From: an uncultured archaeon
Lineage (GTDB): Archaea > Thermoplasmatota > Penumbrarchaeia > JASLWR01
Assembly: GCA_964430885.1 (NCBI GenBank)
Contig: CAYSHM010000013.1
Span: 14,955-78,954, forward strand
DNA: 64,000 nucleotides
Direction of reading: 5' to 3'
This document shows positions 1-9,969 of the stretch, in pieces; the first letter of the stretch is position 1, and each line of letters begins with the position of its first letter. Both the position numbers and the translations under genes were made by a program. The notes under the pieces are model-generated. The model ran no database searches. It saw nothing but the letters and a program-made list of their open reading frames with translations, and was not told the DNA's origin.

Positions 1-3000
1 TTCTTCTTCTTCCCCGTCCTCCTGTTCCTCATCGACTTCGAATTCTTCTTCTTCCTCGGTTTCTTCATCTTCGTCTTCGGTTACCTCTCTTTCCTCGTCA
101 TCCCCTTCTTCTTCCGCCTTTTCGTCCTCGGATTCCTCATCCAACTCTTCGAACTCATTCTCCCACCCCTCTTCGAACTCATCATCCCATCCCTCGTCCT
201 CATCTTCGGATTTATTTTCTTCCTCTTCTTCCTCCTCCCCTACAGCGGTTCCGCATTCCGGACATTGGTCATCATCGTCATCGAGGAATTCTCCGCATTC
301 CTGGCATTCATGACCTGATATTTCCTCTTCGCTCTCATCATCCAGGAGGTCCCCTCCCTCCTCGTCCTCGTCCTTCTTTGTCCTGACAAAGCCCATGTAG
401 ATGATCAGAATTATTATGAGGATTATCACAAGGAATATGACCCACATATAGTTGCCGGAATCGTCTCCGCTGGTGGTCTGCGCTTCTTTGGTCATTGGGG
501 CGAAAATGGTTAGATGGGTGACATTTGCAGTCACCTCATTTGTATCGGTGTTGACCACGGAGTTATCCGCTTCCTTCCATTCCATGGCAGTCTCGTCCCA
601 GTAATACAGTTTGATGTTATTCTGCTCCTCATCCGACAGGTCTGCCGGGTCGTACTTGACCTTAATATGGACCCATTGGATTCCATTCATATTGATATTG
701 ATATACTCACCAGTGAGTATAAATCCGTCGGGGATATCACCCACGGTCTCAGGCAGGTTCTCTTCAGTAAGAACAACAAAGCTCAGGGTTCCGGTCCCCT
801 TTGCTCTAACGGTTCCGGCGTCATTGGTGAGCTCCTGTACCAGGGTATCAACAGATCCAACCGTTATCACTATCCAGTCCCGGTCCCAGTTCCCCTCGGC
901 ATCTGTTACATTGAGGGTGATGTTGTAGGTTCCGGTATCTGTAAAGGTGACCGAAGGGGCTTTGCCCGTAAGTGTCTTGGTCCCTCCGCCCTCCACATAG
1001 GTCCAGGTATATGTGTCAACAGCAACGTTATCCGTGCTTGCGGAACCGTTCAGTACTATCTGCTGGCCGGCATCGACGCTTCTGTCCGCTCCAGCGTTGG
1101 CGACGGGAGCGGTCACATCGTTCACAATCACCACAAGGGTATCAAGGTCCCAGTGTCCTTCATCATCGGATACGTTAAGGGTTATGAGATATGTGCCAGC
1201 GGTATCAAAGGTGAAATTAACCTTCATTCCGGTCAGGGTCACCGCACCGCCGTGATCAAATGTCCATGTGTATTCCACTATGCCGATATTATCAGTGCTC
1301 ATATTGCCGTTCAAAACCACCTTGGAACCCTGTTCCGCGGTAATGTTCTTGCCGGCATCGGAAGTAGGTCCATCATTATCCGTTACATTGGCGGAGATCA
1401 CTCCGGAGGTAAACTCGTTCATGGATGTGTCATTTGTCCATACGAAGTAGTGAAGCAAGTCCACCGAGCTGTCCAAGGTAATTTGCCCCAGCCAGAATCC
1501 ATTGGTCAGATCAAGGGAGATGTTCCCGCTTAGGTCTCCGTGCTCCCAATCCAGAAATACTGAATCAAGGGCTATATTGTCCACCATAGTAAAATTGAAT
1601 TGGAAAACGTCTCCGGTGGTGCCTTTATCGTCCCCGTTTATGGCTGATAGTTCGGGCAGGTCGTTGTCAATGACGTTCACCATTGTTTCATTACCCCACA
1701 AGAAATTGTCCATCCAATCCAGTATGAAAACACGATAATGCAGTTTCTCGATGGAGTGCGAAAGGGTTATGTTCCCGAGCCAGTATTCACCCATGGGTTC
1801 GAGGGATATATTACCCTCTTCAGCTCCGTGGGACCAGTTGATGTAAACCATCTCAAGCATCATGTCGTCTGCAGCAGAGACGTTGAAATAGAATTGGTCT
1901 CCGGTTGTTCCTGCGGTCTGGCTGTCATCCGAAAGCAGTTCGGGCAGTGTAAGGTCGTAAACATCGATGTTAATCAGCTCGCTCTTGAAGATGTTGCCGT
2001 TTGTATCATTGGACCAGTAGAAATAGTTCAACTGGGCTACGCTCTCCAACAGCGTTATTTCGCCGATCCAGTATCCATCTGTAAGTTCCAGGGACAGGTT
2101 GCCCTTGGATATGTCGTGGGTCCAGTTCACAAAGACGCTTACCACGCCGATGTCATCGGTCACCGACAGGTTGAAATGATAGAGATCATCGGCAGTTCCC
2201 TTGCTGTCGCTTAGGTCGTTGACGATATAAGGCGGAGTGAGGTCAAACACATTCAGGTTCTCCATCGGGCCCTTGAAGATATTGCCTGAAGAGTCATTGG
2301 CCCAAATGAAATAGTGGAACATGTCAAGTGAATTGTTCAGAAGGAAAATGCCGGTCCAATTGCCATCAACTTTGTTAAGGGAAATATTGGCCTTGTTTGT
2401 GCCGTGAGTGCAGTTGACAAATACAGAAACAAGCTCTGTATTGTCATTTATTTCCAGATGGAAAATGAAATCTTGGCCTGAAATCCCGGTATCGTTGCTG
2501 TTGTCTCCATAAAGCTGGGGGACATCGTTGTCGGTTACAGTAACGATCTCTTCACCTGATCTAACGAAGCTGCCTGCTGTATCGTTCACCTGAAGTGCAT
2601 AGGTCATGTTCCCAAGATCGTGATCCAATACAACAGTAAGACTCCAGGTTCCGTCACCGTCATCATTGAGGGCTAAATTACCTCCTAGAGCTCCGTGTGC
2701 CCATGTGACGTTCACACTGTCAACATCCACATTATCTGAAGCAGTGATGTCGAACACAAACTGGTCCCCGGTGGTGCCTGTATTGGGTGAATTATCCGCA
2801 TCCAAGGAGGGCAGGTCATTGTCAGTGACGGTTACAGTCTGCACAGCCTGTCTGAAATTATTCCCCGATGTATCATTCACCTGGACAGAGTAGGTGAGAT
2901 CATCTAGGCTGTCGTCCAGACCAATGGTCAGGCTCCATGATCCGTCGAGATCATCAAACATTGCGACATTTCCTCCAAGCCCTCCGTGTGTCCAGGTTAC

Positions 3001-4653
3001 ATTGACGCTGTCCACAGCAACAAAATCGCCTGCAGTTACATCGAAAACGAAATTATCTCCGGTAGTGCCGGCATTTGGTGAGTTATCCGCATCCAGTGTG
3101 GGATCGTCATTATCAGTTACAGGTATTGTCTGTTCGCCCTGCCTGTAATAATTGCCGGTTGTGTCGTTTATCTGCAGGGAATAGGTCAGGTCCCCAAGGT
3201 CATGATCAAGTACAATCGTTAGACTCCAGGTGCCGTCTCCATCGTCGTTGAGCGGCTGGTTTCCGTTGAGAAGTCCGTGAGCCCAGGTTACATTGACGCT
3301 GTCCACCGCGACATTGTCAGTGGCTGAAATGTCGAAAATGAAATTATCTCCCGTAGTGCCTGCATTGGGTGAATTATCCCCCGTAAGTGTGGGATCGGCT
3401 GTATCAGTTAGGGTGAAGGTCTTGAAATGATACTGGTCCCAGTAGTCGCTTTGCTGGGATGCCGCAAAATCAGCATGAGTAACACTTACTGTGTAAGCGC
3501 CTTTGTACCAATATCCCATGTTGTTGAATATGAAGTGTGTGCCTTGAAGATTGACATAACCCATGCTGTCGGTTGTGCCGGAGAAGTGGTTTGAACCATT
3601 ATGGACCATATTCACATTTGCTCCCTGGATCCCATTCCCCTGAGAATCCTTCACAAATACCTTGTCTGGATAGTTGACAGAAAGATTCCCGCCAGGCATA
3701 ACGGTCCAGGTACCGTTCAGATTTGCATTGTAGTTGGTAAGGTTCAGAAGAGTGACATTGATATTATCATTTATGGAATCGGGCGATACATGAACACTGT
3801 TCACCAGGGTAGCATTGGTGATGGTGCAGTCCGAGAGTGTGATGTCTCTCTCCGCACCCGTGACATAGACGTTCTGCTCTCCAGTGTTCTCAATAACACA
3901 ATGGTCGATCACAGGAGTATAACTGATCCCAATGCTTATCCCGATCCCGGTTGTATTGTGTATATATGTGTTCTGAATTATAGGTGAGCCGCCGCCTATC
4001 CAAATACCGGTCTTTGATGAATTGAATATCGTACATCCGGTTACGGTGGTCCCGGAGTTGGTCCTTATGGCACCGCTGTCATCCCCGCCGTCCCCGGTAT
4101 TGTTGATGGTACAGTTATTGATTATGAACTCCTCGTCTCCAGTGACATATATGCCCCAGTCGCTGATCTCATTGATGAGACAGTGATTAACCTCCACGTG
4201 ACTGGCGGCCAGATTGATACCGTCGCCCTTCACTCCTAATGTAGCTTCCATGATGGTGGTGTAATTGATAAAGGCTTTACCGCCGTTCTCAACAATAATT
4301 CCCTCGTAACTGCCGTTTGTTACGTTCTCGGTTATGGTGACATAGCTGTTCCAGGTTCCGTCTATCACCAGTTTACCGCCGTTCTTGACAACTATGCTCC
4401 CGGCGCCGTGACTGCTGTCAATCTTCACATTTGTCCCTGCGGATATGTTCAGGGTCCAACCGGCTGTTATATTGAAAACATCATCGACAACTACATTGCC
4501 TGACCAGTCCTTGTTAGCCATGTTGATATCCCCGGCATAATTGCCGTCTGCCCGGGCAGGAAGTATGGTCCAATCGTTGAATATTACTATGCATGAGAAC
4601 AGCAGGATCGCTGTTACGCTCAATGATACGTTTCTATTAAAACTACTTTTCAT
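1..4653 (-). CDS. Very large membrane-anchored surface glycoprotein (partial, 3' end beyond window): signal peptide, parallel beta-helix region, seven ~97-aa Ig-like repeats, two PKD domains, TM helix, cytoplasmic zinc ribbon and Asp/Glu-rich tail
   Basis: Not in the ORF track; read manually. ATG at 4653 follows a GGTGA RBS (MKSSFNRNVSLSVTAILLFSCIVIF...) and the frame stays open to base 1. Beta-helix-like 'INNCTINNTG' repeats, PKD motifs 'PTSDAG...YTWTF...GTYLITLNVSD', TM 'MWVIFLVIILIIILIIYMGF', 'CQECG...CPECG', many N-x-S/T sequons. Confidence 0.85.
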   Translation of the reverse strand, partial: MKSSFNRNVSLSVTAILLFSCIVIFNDWTILPARADGNYAGDINMANKDWSGNVVVDDVFNITAGWTLNISAGTNVKIDSSHGAGSIVVKNGGKLVIDGTWNSYVTITENVTNGSYEGIIVENGGKAFINYTTIMEATLGVKGDGINLAASHVEVNHCLINEISDWGIYVTGDEEFIINNCTINNTGDGGDDSGAIRTNSGTTVTGCTIFNSSKTGIWIGGGSPIIQNTYIHNTTGIGISIGISYTPVIDHCVIENTGEQNVYVTGAERDITLSDCTITNATLVNSVHVSPDSINDNINVTLLNLTNYNANLNGTWTVMPGGNLSVNYPDKVFVKDSQGNGIQGANVNMVHNGSNHFSGTTDSMGYVNLQGTHFIFNNMGYWYKGAYTVSVTHADFAASQQSDYWDQYHFKTFTLTDTADPTLTGDNSPNAGTTGDNFIFDISATDNVAVDSVNVTWAHGLLNGNQPLNDDGDGTWSLTIVLDHDLGDLTYSLQINDTTGNYYRQGEQTIPVTDNDDPTLDADNSPNAGTTGDNFVFDVTAGDFVAVDSVNVTWTHGGLGGNVAMFDDLDGSWSLTIGLDDSLDDLTYSVQVNDTSGNNFRQAVQTVTVTDNDLPSLDADNSPNTGTTGDQFVFDITASDNVDVDSVNVTWAHGALGGNLALNDDGDGTWSLTVVLDHDLGNMTYALQVNDTAGSFVRSGEEIVTVTDNDVPQLYGDNSNDTGISGQDFIFHLEINDNTELVSVFVNCTHGTNKANISLNKVDGNWTGIFLLNNSLDMFHYFIWANDSSGNIFKGPMENLNVFDLTPPYIVNDLSDSKGTADDLYHFNLSVTDDIGVVSVFVNWTHDISKGNLSLELTDGYWIGEITLLESVAQLNYFYWSNDTNGNIFKSELINIDVYDLTLPELLSDDSQTAGTTGDQFYFNVSAADDMMLEMVYINWSHGAEEGNISLEPMGEYWLGNITLSHSIEKLHYRVFILDWMDNFLWGNETMVNVIDNDLPELSAINGDDKGTTGDVFQFNFTMVDNIALDSVFLDWEHGDLSGNISLDLTNGFWLGQITLDSSVDLLHYFVWTNDTSMNEFTSGVISANVTDNDGPTSDAGKNITAEQGSKVVLNGNMSTDNIGIVEYTWTFDHGGAVTLTGMKVNFTFDTAGTYLITLNVSDDEGHWDLDTLVVIVNDVTAPVANAGADRSVDAGQQIVLNGSASTDNVAVDTYTWTYVEGGGTKTLTGKAPSVTFTDTGTYNITLNVTDAEGNWDRDWIVITVGSVDTLVQELTNDAGTVRAKGTGTLSFVVLTEENLPETVGDIPDGFILTGEYININMNGIQWVHIKVKYDPADLSDEEQNNIKLYYWDETAMEWKEADNSVVNTDTNEVTANVTHLTIFAPMTKEAQTTSGDDSGNYMWVIFLVIILIIILIIYMGFVRTKKDEDEEGGDLLDDESEEEISGHECQECGEFLDDDDDQCPECGTAVGEEEEEEENKSEDEDEGWDDEFEEGWENEFEELDEESEDEKAEEEGDDEEREVTEDEDEETEEEEEFEVDEEQEDGEEEE
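1380..3405 (-). repeat. Seven tandem ~291-bp intragenic repeats encoding the D-x-D-x-P...GTTGD-x-F-x-F...V-x-W-x-H-G...G-x-W...L-x-Y...NDTxGN module
   Basis: Units start at DTADPTL, DNDDPTL, DNDLPSL, DNDVPQL, DLTPPYI, DLTLPEL and DNDLPEL. The first three are similar at DNA level (e.g. recurring 'actccagg..ccgtc.cc.tc.tc.ttgag'). Confidence 0.8.
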
Positions 4654-4967
4654 ATTGTTCACCCTTCTACGGTTCAGAGTTTTGTTCATATTCTTTTTTA
4701 GTGGAAAAATGTACCTGACTATCAGGTTTCTATCAGGTAAGAATAGCAACCATTAATTCTTTCCTATTTATAACCTTTTCCTATAACTTATTACTGCGTA
4801 TCAATCAGGACATATTTTCAATGAGAACTGGGAGAGCCATTGCCTGTTTGAAGAATTGAGGCTGCTCCTGTGAGTAAGGTGGGGGAAAAACAATTGAAAA
4901 TATAAATTTTCACTATTTCAGACAGGATAAAATAATCCTTGATGACTACTGTAAAAAATATATTAAT

Positions 4968-6839
4968 ATGGGAAGTAATACCCTTTCGGTTGAAGGTGCC
5001 GTGAAAATGAATGAAGATGGTGTGAAGAACGGGTGCAGTTTGTTCATGGACAACCGCCATAAACTGATGAAGAAACTAACATTGTTGTTCGTAGAACTGA
5101 ACATAGGGACAGCTCCGGTCTTGGAAACCCCACCCAAGGGAATGGGGGATCTTGCCCTTCCCTGCTTTTCGCTTGCACGGGAGCTGAAGAAGAGCCCGGC
5201 AGTCATCGTTGCAGATCTAACAGAAGCAATGAATACCAAGATGGGTGATATGAAGAACATATTTCATGTTGAGTCTAAGGGGCCTTATGTCAACTTCACC
5301 TACAGGGACGATTACCTGATGAGAACGGTGCTGCCGAATGTTCTGAAGAGAGGTAAGGAATACGGTTCCTTTCCAGGTCTGGAGGGCCGAATAATCCTTG
5401 AACATACCTCGGCAAATCCCAACGGACCCTTCCATGTAGGCCGGGCCAGAAATCCCATAATAGGCGACACACTCGCCAGGGTGCTGAGGAAGCGGGGGCA
5501 TGATGTGGAGGTCCAGTACTGGGTGAACGATATGGGCCGTCAGGCTGCCACCCTTGCCTGGGGTAAAAAGAACATAACCCTCGAGGCCAATACGGCCGGT
5601 GATTTCGGAATTGACGGGAATGGTTTTTCTGAAAAACCGGACCATATGCTGGTTCCCTATTACCAGAAAGCCCATTCCCGTATAAGGGAAAATCCAGAAT
5701 TGGAATCGGAGATCGACAATATCCTGCTGAGGATAGAGGAAGGCGATAGGGAGATCAAGGATTATGTTCAGCATTATGCCAAAAAGGTACTTGAAGGCAT
5801 GAAGGGGACCCTGGAAGGATTGAATATCATGCACGACAAGTTCGTATGGGAATCCCAGAGTGTAGAGAGCGGTTCAGTAGGGAAGGTGATATCCACCCTC
5901 AGTGAAAGCAGCTATGCGTACGCTACCGAGGGGGCATGGTATCTTGAACTGGAGGATTTCGGTATACAGGGCCGGAGCACCAAGTTCTTTTTCACCAGAG
6001 GGGACGGGACGTCACTATACACAACCAGGGATCTGGCCTATCACCTGGACAAGATGAAAGAGGCCAACAGACTGATAAATGTTCTGGGAGAGGACCACAA
6101 GCTCCAGGCAAAACAGCTCAACATCGCCCTTGAGCTTTTGGATGCTCGGATCCTTCCTGAAAGCGTGTTCTACAGCTTCGTCTCCCTGGAGGACGGCAAG
6201 ATGTCCACCAGGAAGGGCCAGGTCGTTTATCTGGATGATCTTATCAGCGAAGCTGTTCACCGGGCCTATTTGGAGGTTCTAAGAAGAAGGCCGGAACTGG
6301 ATGAGGACCGGAAGAAAGAGATAGCCGAAATAGTTGGTCTGGGGTGCATCAGATACAATATCATACGTGTCCAGCCTGACAAGAAGATCACCTTCAGGTG
6401 GTCCGACGCCCTGAACTTTGACGGGGACAGTTCACCTTTCATGCAGTATGCCCATGCCAGATGCTGCGGGATACTCGACAAGGCGGAGGAGAAGGGGATT
6501 GTCACCCCGGAGCCTTCCGAATTGGATAAAATATTTGACGATCTCCATGACCTTGGCTATCATCCAAGCGAGGTGGAGATTATTAAGAAGATCGCGGAAT
6601 TCCCGGATGTGGTCAGAGAGGTGTCCGAAACCTTCAAGCTACACCGGATTCCCGAATATCTGCAGGAGGCTGCTTCCGCATTCAATACCTTCTATCAGGA
6701 CTGCCCTGTGCTTAAAGATGAGCCCAATGGTCAGGATGAACAAAGGAGAAGGTTCCGACTGTGCATAGTTAAAGCTTCCCGCACAGTGATCGCTGAAGGA
6801 CTGGTCCTCCTTGGTATCAGCGCTCCGAGGAGCATGTGA
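4968..6839 (+). CDS. argS: Arginine--tRNA ligase (true start probably slightly downstream, ~5007-5046)
   Basis: EHTSANPNGPFHVGRARN (HIGH motif), KMSTRKG, C-terminal DALR-type anticodon domain (F..FYQDCPVL...GLVLLGI.AP..M). Confidence 0.95.
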   Translation: MGSNTLSVEGAVKMNEDGVKNGCSLFMDNRHKLMKKLTLLFVELNIGTAPVLETPPKGMGDLALPCFSLARELKKSPAVIVADLTEAMNTKMGDMKNIFHVESKGPYVNFTYRDDYLMRTVLPNVLKRGKEYGSFPGLEGRIILEHTSANPNGPFHVGRARNPIIGDTLARVLRKRGHDVEVQYWVNDMGRQAATLAWGKKNITLEANTAGDFGIDGNGFSEKPDHMLVPYYQKAHSRIRENPELESEIDNILLRIEEGDREIKDYVQHYAKKVLEGMKGTLEGLNIMHDKFVWESQSVESGSVGKVISTLSESSYAYATEGAWYLELEDFGIQGRSTKFFFTRGDGTSLYTTRDLAYHLDKMKEANRLINVLGEDHKLQAKQLNIALELLDARILPESVFYSFVSLEDGKMSTRKGQVVYLDDLISEAVHRAYLEVLRRRPELDEDRKKEIAEIVGLGCIRYNIIRVQPDKKITFRWSDALNFDGDSSPFMQYAHARCCGILDKAEEKGIVTPEPSELDKIFDDLHDLGYHPSEVEIIKKIAEFPDVVREVSETFKLHRIPEYLQEAASAFNTFYQDCPVLKDEPNGQDEQRRRFRLCIVKASRTVIAEGLVLLGISAPRSM

Positions 6840-7034
6840 CGGGATTTACATTTGAGTAAATTTCCTAATATGCAGAAAATATACATATACTACATTTCAA
6901 TATCAATTAAGGATTGTATCCAAAGATATGTTCTCAATGAGAGGATATGGGGGTATTATCCGTCTCTATAGGGCATATAATACAAGTCCGGAGGGTATAG
7001 GATCAAGAAGAATACCGGTAAGTTTCTGGTAGCC

Positions 7035-8186
7035 TTGGCTTTTCTTTTCTTCACAGGATTCAGCATGGCCTACTATTTTCAGACAGGCAGCATATCGGCT
7101 ATTCTTCCGTATCTCATCACTATTATGGGTGCTTCCTTCCTTATTCTTCTCACAGTCCATTACACGACCAGTCAGCAGGATAAGCTGATGAACACAGTTG
7201 CTTCCATCCTCTATGACAAGGCAATTGCCCTGGACAAGGAGAGAGAGAAGAACCAGGATGAATCCGGGGATATGATAGCACAGGGTGATTCCACAGCCAA
7301 GGGCAAGGGAATCATACCCATTGACAAACCCAGCGTAGATTTTGCCAATGTAGGGGGACTGGAACGTGTGAAGGAGGAGATCAGAAAGGCAATAATCTAC
7401 CCTTTCGATCATCCTGAGCTATACACACTTTACGGAAAGCGGATAGGCGAGGGTATACTTCTTTACGGCCCTCCCGGCTGCGGAAAGACCTTTATCAGCA
7501 GAGCAACTGCCGGGGAAGCAAAGGCTTCATTTATCAATATCAAGCTCAGCGATATCCTCAGCAAATGGGTAGGGCAGAGCGAAAGAAAGATCTCCGAGGC
7601 CTTCGAGACCGCCGCCAAGAATAAACCGGCTATTCTATTTTTCGACGAGGTGGACGCTCTGGGGTCCAAGAGAGGGGACATGTCCCAGGACCATACCAAC
7701 CGGCTGGTGAATTCCCTTCTGATGGAGATGGACGGTTTTGCGGGACCCAAAGAGCAGGTTCTGATACTAGCAGCCACCAATGAACCCTGGAATGTGGATT
7801 CCGCCCTCAAACGGCCGGGCAGGTTCAGCAAACTGCTTTTCATCCCCCCGCCTGATTTCGAGGCCCGATACCAGATCCTCAAGATACTTGCCGAGAACAA
7901 ACCGGTATCACCCCTAGTTGACCTGAAGATGATCGCCAAGAAGACCGCTGGATACTCAAGTGCCGATCTGGAGCAGATAGTAGAGGAGGCTGCGGACATA
8001 CCCCTCAAGGAGGCAATATCTGGTAAGAAGTCAAGAGCAATAAACGAGAGCGATTTTTTCAGGGTCCTCAAGAAGCGCTCTTCTTCCATCCTGCCCTGGT
8101 TCAAACACGCAAAGGAGCAGCTGATAATCAGAGACTGCAGGGATGAGTTCCAGGAACTTTGGAGATTTGTTAAAAAAATAAAATAG
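7035..8186 (+). CDS. AAA+ ATPase with two N-terminal transmembrane helices (single AAA module, no protease domain)
   Basis: Walker A GPPGCGKT, pore loop SKWVGQSE, Walker B FFDEVD, SRH ATNEPWNVDSALKRPGRF; hydrophobic N-terminal hairpin. Start uncertain (see findings). Confidence 0.85.
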   Translation: MAFLFFTGFSMAYYFQTGSISAILPYLITIMGASFLILLTVHYTTSQQDKLMNTVASILYDKAIALDKEREKNQDESGDMIAQGDSTAKGKGIIPIDKPSVDFANVGGLERVKEEIRKAIIYPFDHPELYTLYGKRIGEGILLYGPPGCGKTFISRATAGEAKASFINIKLSDILSKWVGQSERKISEAFETAAKNKPAILFFDEVDALGSKRGDMSQDHTNRLVNSLLMEMDGFAGPKEQVLILAATNEPWNVDSALKRPGRFSKLLFIPPPDFEARYQILKILAENKPVSPLVDLKMIAKKTAGYSSADLEQIVEEAADIPLKEAISGKKSRAINESDFFRVLKKRSSSILPWFKHAKEQLIIRDCRDEFQELWRFVKKIK

Positions 8187-8338
8187 CATTAAATCGAGCA
8201 AGGTGGAAAAATATTTAGTTCAGGTGTGATATAGGGAAGGCAAAAGTCCACGGATTCAGATCAATAATATTTCAATAATATCAGTAATATCAATAGGACT
8301 AATGATCCGGAATTAATACATTTCAGGGGAGACACAAG

Positions 8339-9070
8339 ATGCAACCGAGCAATATGGCATATGACAGGGCGATAACCGTTTTCTCGCCGGACGGCAGACT
8401 GTTCCAGGTGGAATACGCTAGGGAAGCCGTAAAGAGAGGAACGACTACTGTTGGATTGAAGTACGACAATGGTGTGCTTCTGATGATAGAGAAGAGGATA
8501 ACAAGCAGGCTTATCGAGGCGGCCTCCATCGAGAAGATATTCAGGATAGATGATCATGTAGGGTGCGCTACCTCGGGTCTGGTTGCCGATGCCAGGGTCC
8601 TTGTTGAGAGGGCCCAGCTCGAGGGACAGATACACAGGATAACCTACGGGGAGAAGACCACTGTGGATTCCCTTGTAAAGAAAATCTGCGATTTCAAACA
8701 GAACTACACCCAGTTCGGAGGCGTCAGACCCTTCGGGACTGCTCTTCTCATTGCAGGCTTCGATGAACAGGGACTGCATCTATACGAGACAGATCCCAGC
8801 GGAGCGGTGATCGCCTACAAGGCTGCTAGCATAGGGGCGGGACGTGATACGGTTGTCAGGGTTTTCGAGGAGAAATACAAGGACAACATGAGCAAGAAGG
8901 ATGCAATAGAGCTGGGTCTTGAGGCCCTCATGGAGTCCTCGGAGAAATCCGTGGAGACCGATAGGATCGAGATAGGTCTTATCACCAAGGACCAGAAGTT
9001 CAGTTTACTGTCCCCTGAAGAGGTTGCCAAGTATGCGAAGCCCTTCATGAAGAAGATTTCCAAGGAATGA
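8339..9070 (+). CDS. psmA: 20S proteasome alpha subunit
   Basis: [24 protein letters not shown] signature; GGVRPFG. Confidence 0.97.
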   Translation: MQPSNMAYDRAITVFSPDGRLFQVEYAREAVKRGTTTVGLKYDNGVLLMIEKRITSRLIEAASIEKIFRIDDHVGCATSGLVADARVLVERAQLEGQIHRITYGEKTTVDSLVKKICDFKQNYTQFGGVRPFGTALLIAGFDEQGLHLYETDPSGAVIAYKAASIGAGRDTVVRVFEEKYKDNMSKKDAIELGLEALMESSEKSVETDRIEIGLITKDQKFSLLSPEEVAKYAKPFMKKISKE

Positions 9071-9126
9071 TTGGACAGCCTCAAGGAAATGATTGATCTA
9101 TAAATATAAACTAAAAAGGTGAAAAA

Positions 9127-9822
9127 ATGATATCCCTTGATGATGCGGTGGTTGCCCGATTGGATAGTCACGGAGAACGCTTTGAGGTATTGGTAGACCC
9201 GGATGTGGCCAAGGCTGTAAAGGAGGGTGAGGAGGTGGATCTCATGGAAGGCTTGGCTGCAGAATATATATTCAAGGATTCTTCCAAAGGCGACCGGGCT
9301 GCAGAGGAGAGTCTGGAAAAGGTTTTCGGAACCCAGAATGTTAAGGAAATTGCTCTTCAGATCATATTGAAAGGGGACATACAGCTGACCCAAGCCCAGA
9401 GAAAGGAGATGGTGGAGGTAAAGAAGAGCAAGATACTGGATATTATTGTGACGAACTCCATCAATCCCCAGACAAACACGCCGCATCCCCGACAGAGGAT
9501 CGAACTGGCCATAGAGGAAGCCAAGATACACATCAGTCCCTTCTCCAAAGTGGACGAACAGGTCAAGGAGATAATGGATAAGCTGAGACCCCTCATTCCC
9601 ATAAAGTTCGAGACCCTGATCTTTGCGGTCAGGCTTTCTGCAGAGGAATACGGCAAGTGTTTCGGGACCATCAAGGACATAGGTGAATTGACAAGACAGG
9701 AATGGCAGAAGGACGGCAGCTGGATAGGAATCGTTCAGATACCGGCAGGTCTTAAACTGGAATTGTTCGACAGACTTAACTCCAAAACCCACGGTGCTGT
9801 TGAGATAAAAGAGATCGAGTGA
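9127..9822 (+). CDS. Ribosome maturation factor SBDS/Sdo1 family
   Basis: VVARL...GERFEVLVDP, INPQTNTPHP..RIE.A motifs; canonical position after psmA. Confidence 0.93.
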   Translation: MISLDDAVVARLDSHGERFEVLVDPDVAKAVKEGEEVDLMEGLAAEYIFKDSSKGDRAAEESLEKVFGTQNVKEIALQIILKGDIQLTQAQRKEMVEVKKSKILDIIVTNSINPQTNTPHPRQRIELAIEEAKIHISPFSKVDEQVKEIMDKLRPLIPIKFETLIFAVRLSAEEYGKCFGTIKDIGELTRQEWQKDGSWIGIVQIPAGLKLELFDRLNSKTHGAVEIKEIE

Positions 9823-9969
9823 TCAGTCCCCTGGTTTATTACAAGTCCGCCTGCGGGTTCTGCACCTGCCTGATTATTTCCATAGCCCACGGGTATTTCC
9901 AACAGTTCCTGGGAGTTTCGAAAGTCGATTTTAATGCTGATGATGAATTATTGAAAGGGGTAGTAACAA

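Noticed and set aside
1-380. Low-complexity (TTC/CTC/ATC)n sequence resembling a microsatellite or array
   Set aside because: It encodes the Glu/Asp-rich tail; there is no repeat-spacer structure, so it is not CRISPR.
514-4756. Many plus-strand ORFs in the track (e.g. 514-1533, 339 aa)
   Set aside because: Antisense shadows of the long minus-strand surface-protein gene that the track missed; no recognisable motifs.
4820-4870. Possible hairpin (GGAGAGCC...GGCTGCTCC) in the argS leader as an ncRNA or riboswitch
   Set aside because: Imperfect stem and no recognisable family motif; cannot be supported without covariance analysis.
9823-9969. SBDS-rrp4 spacer as a C/D-box sRNA or gene remnant
   Set aside because: CTGA and TGATGA occur but not in a convincing C...D arrangement, and there is no credible ORF.
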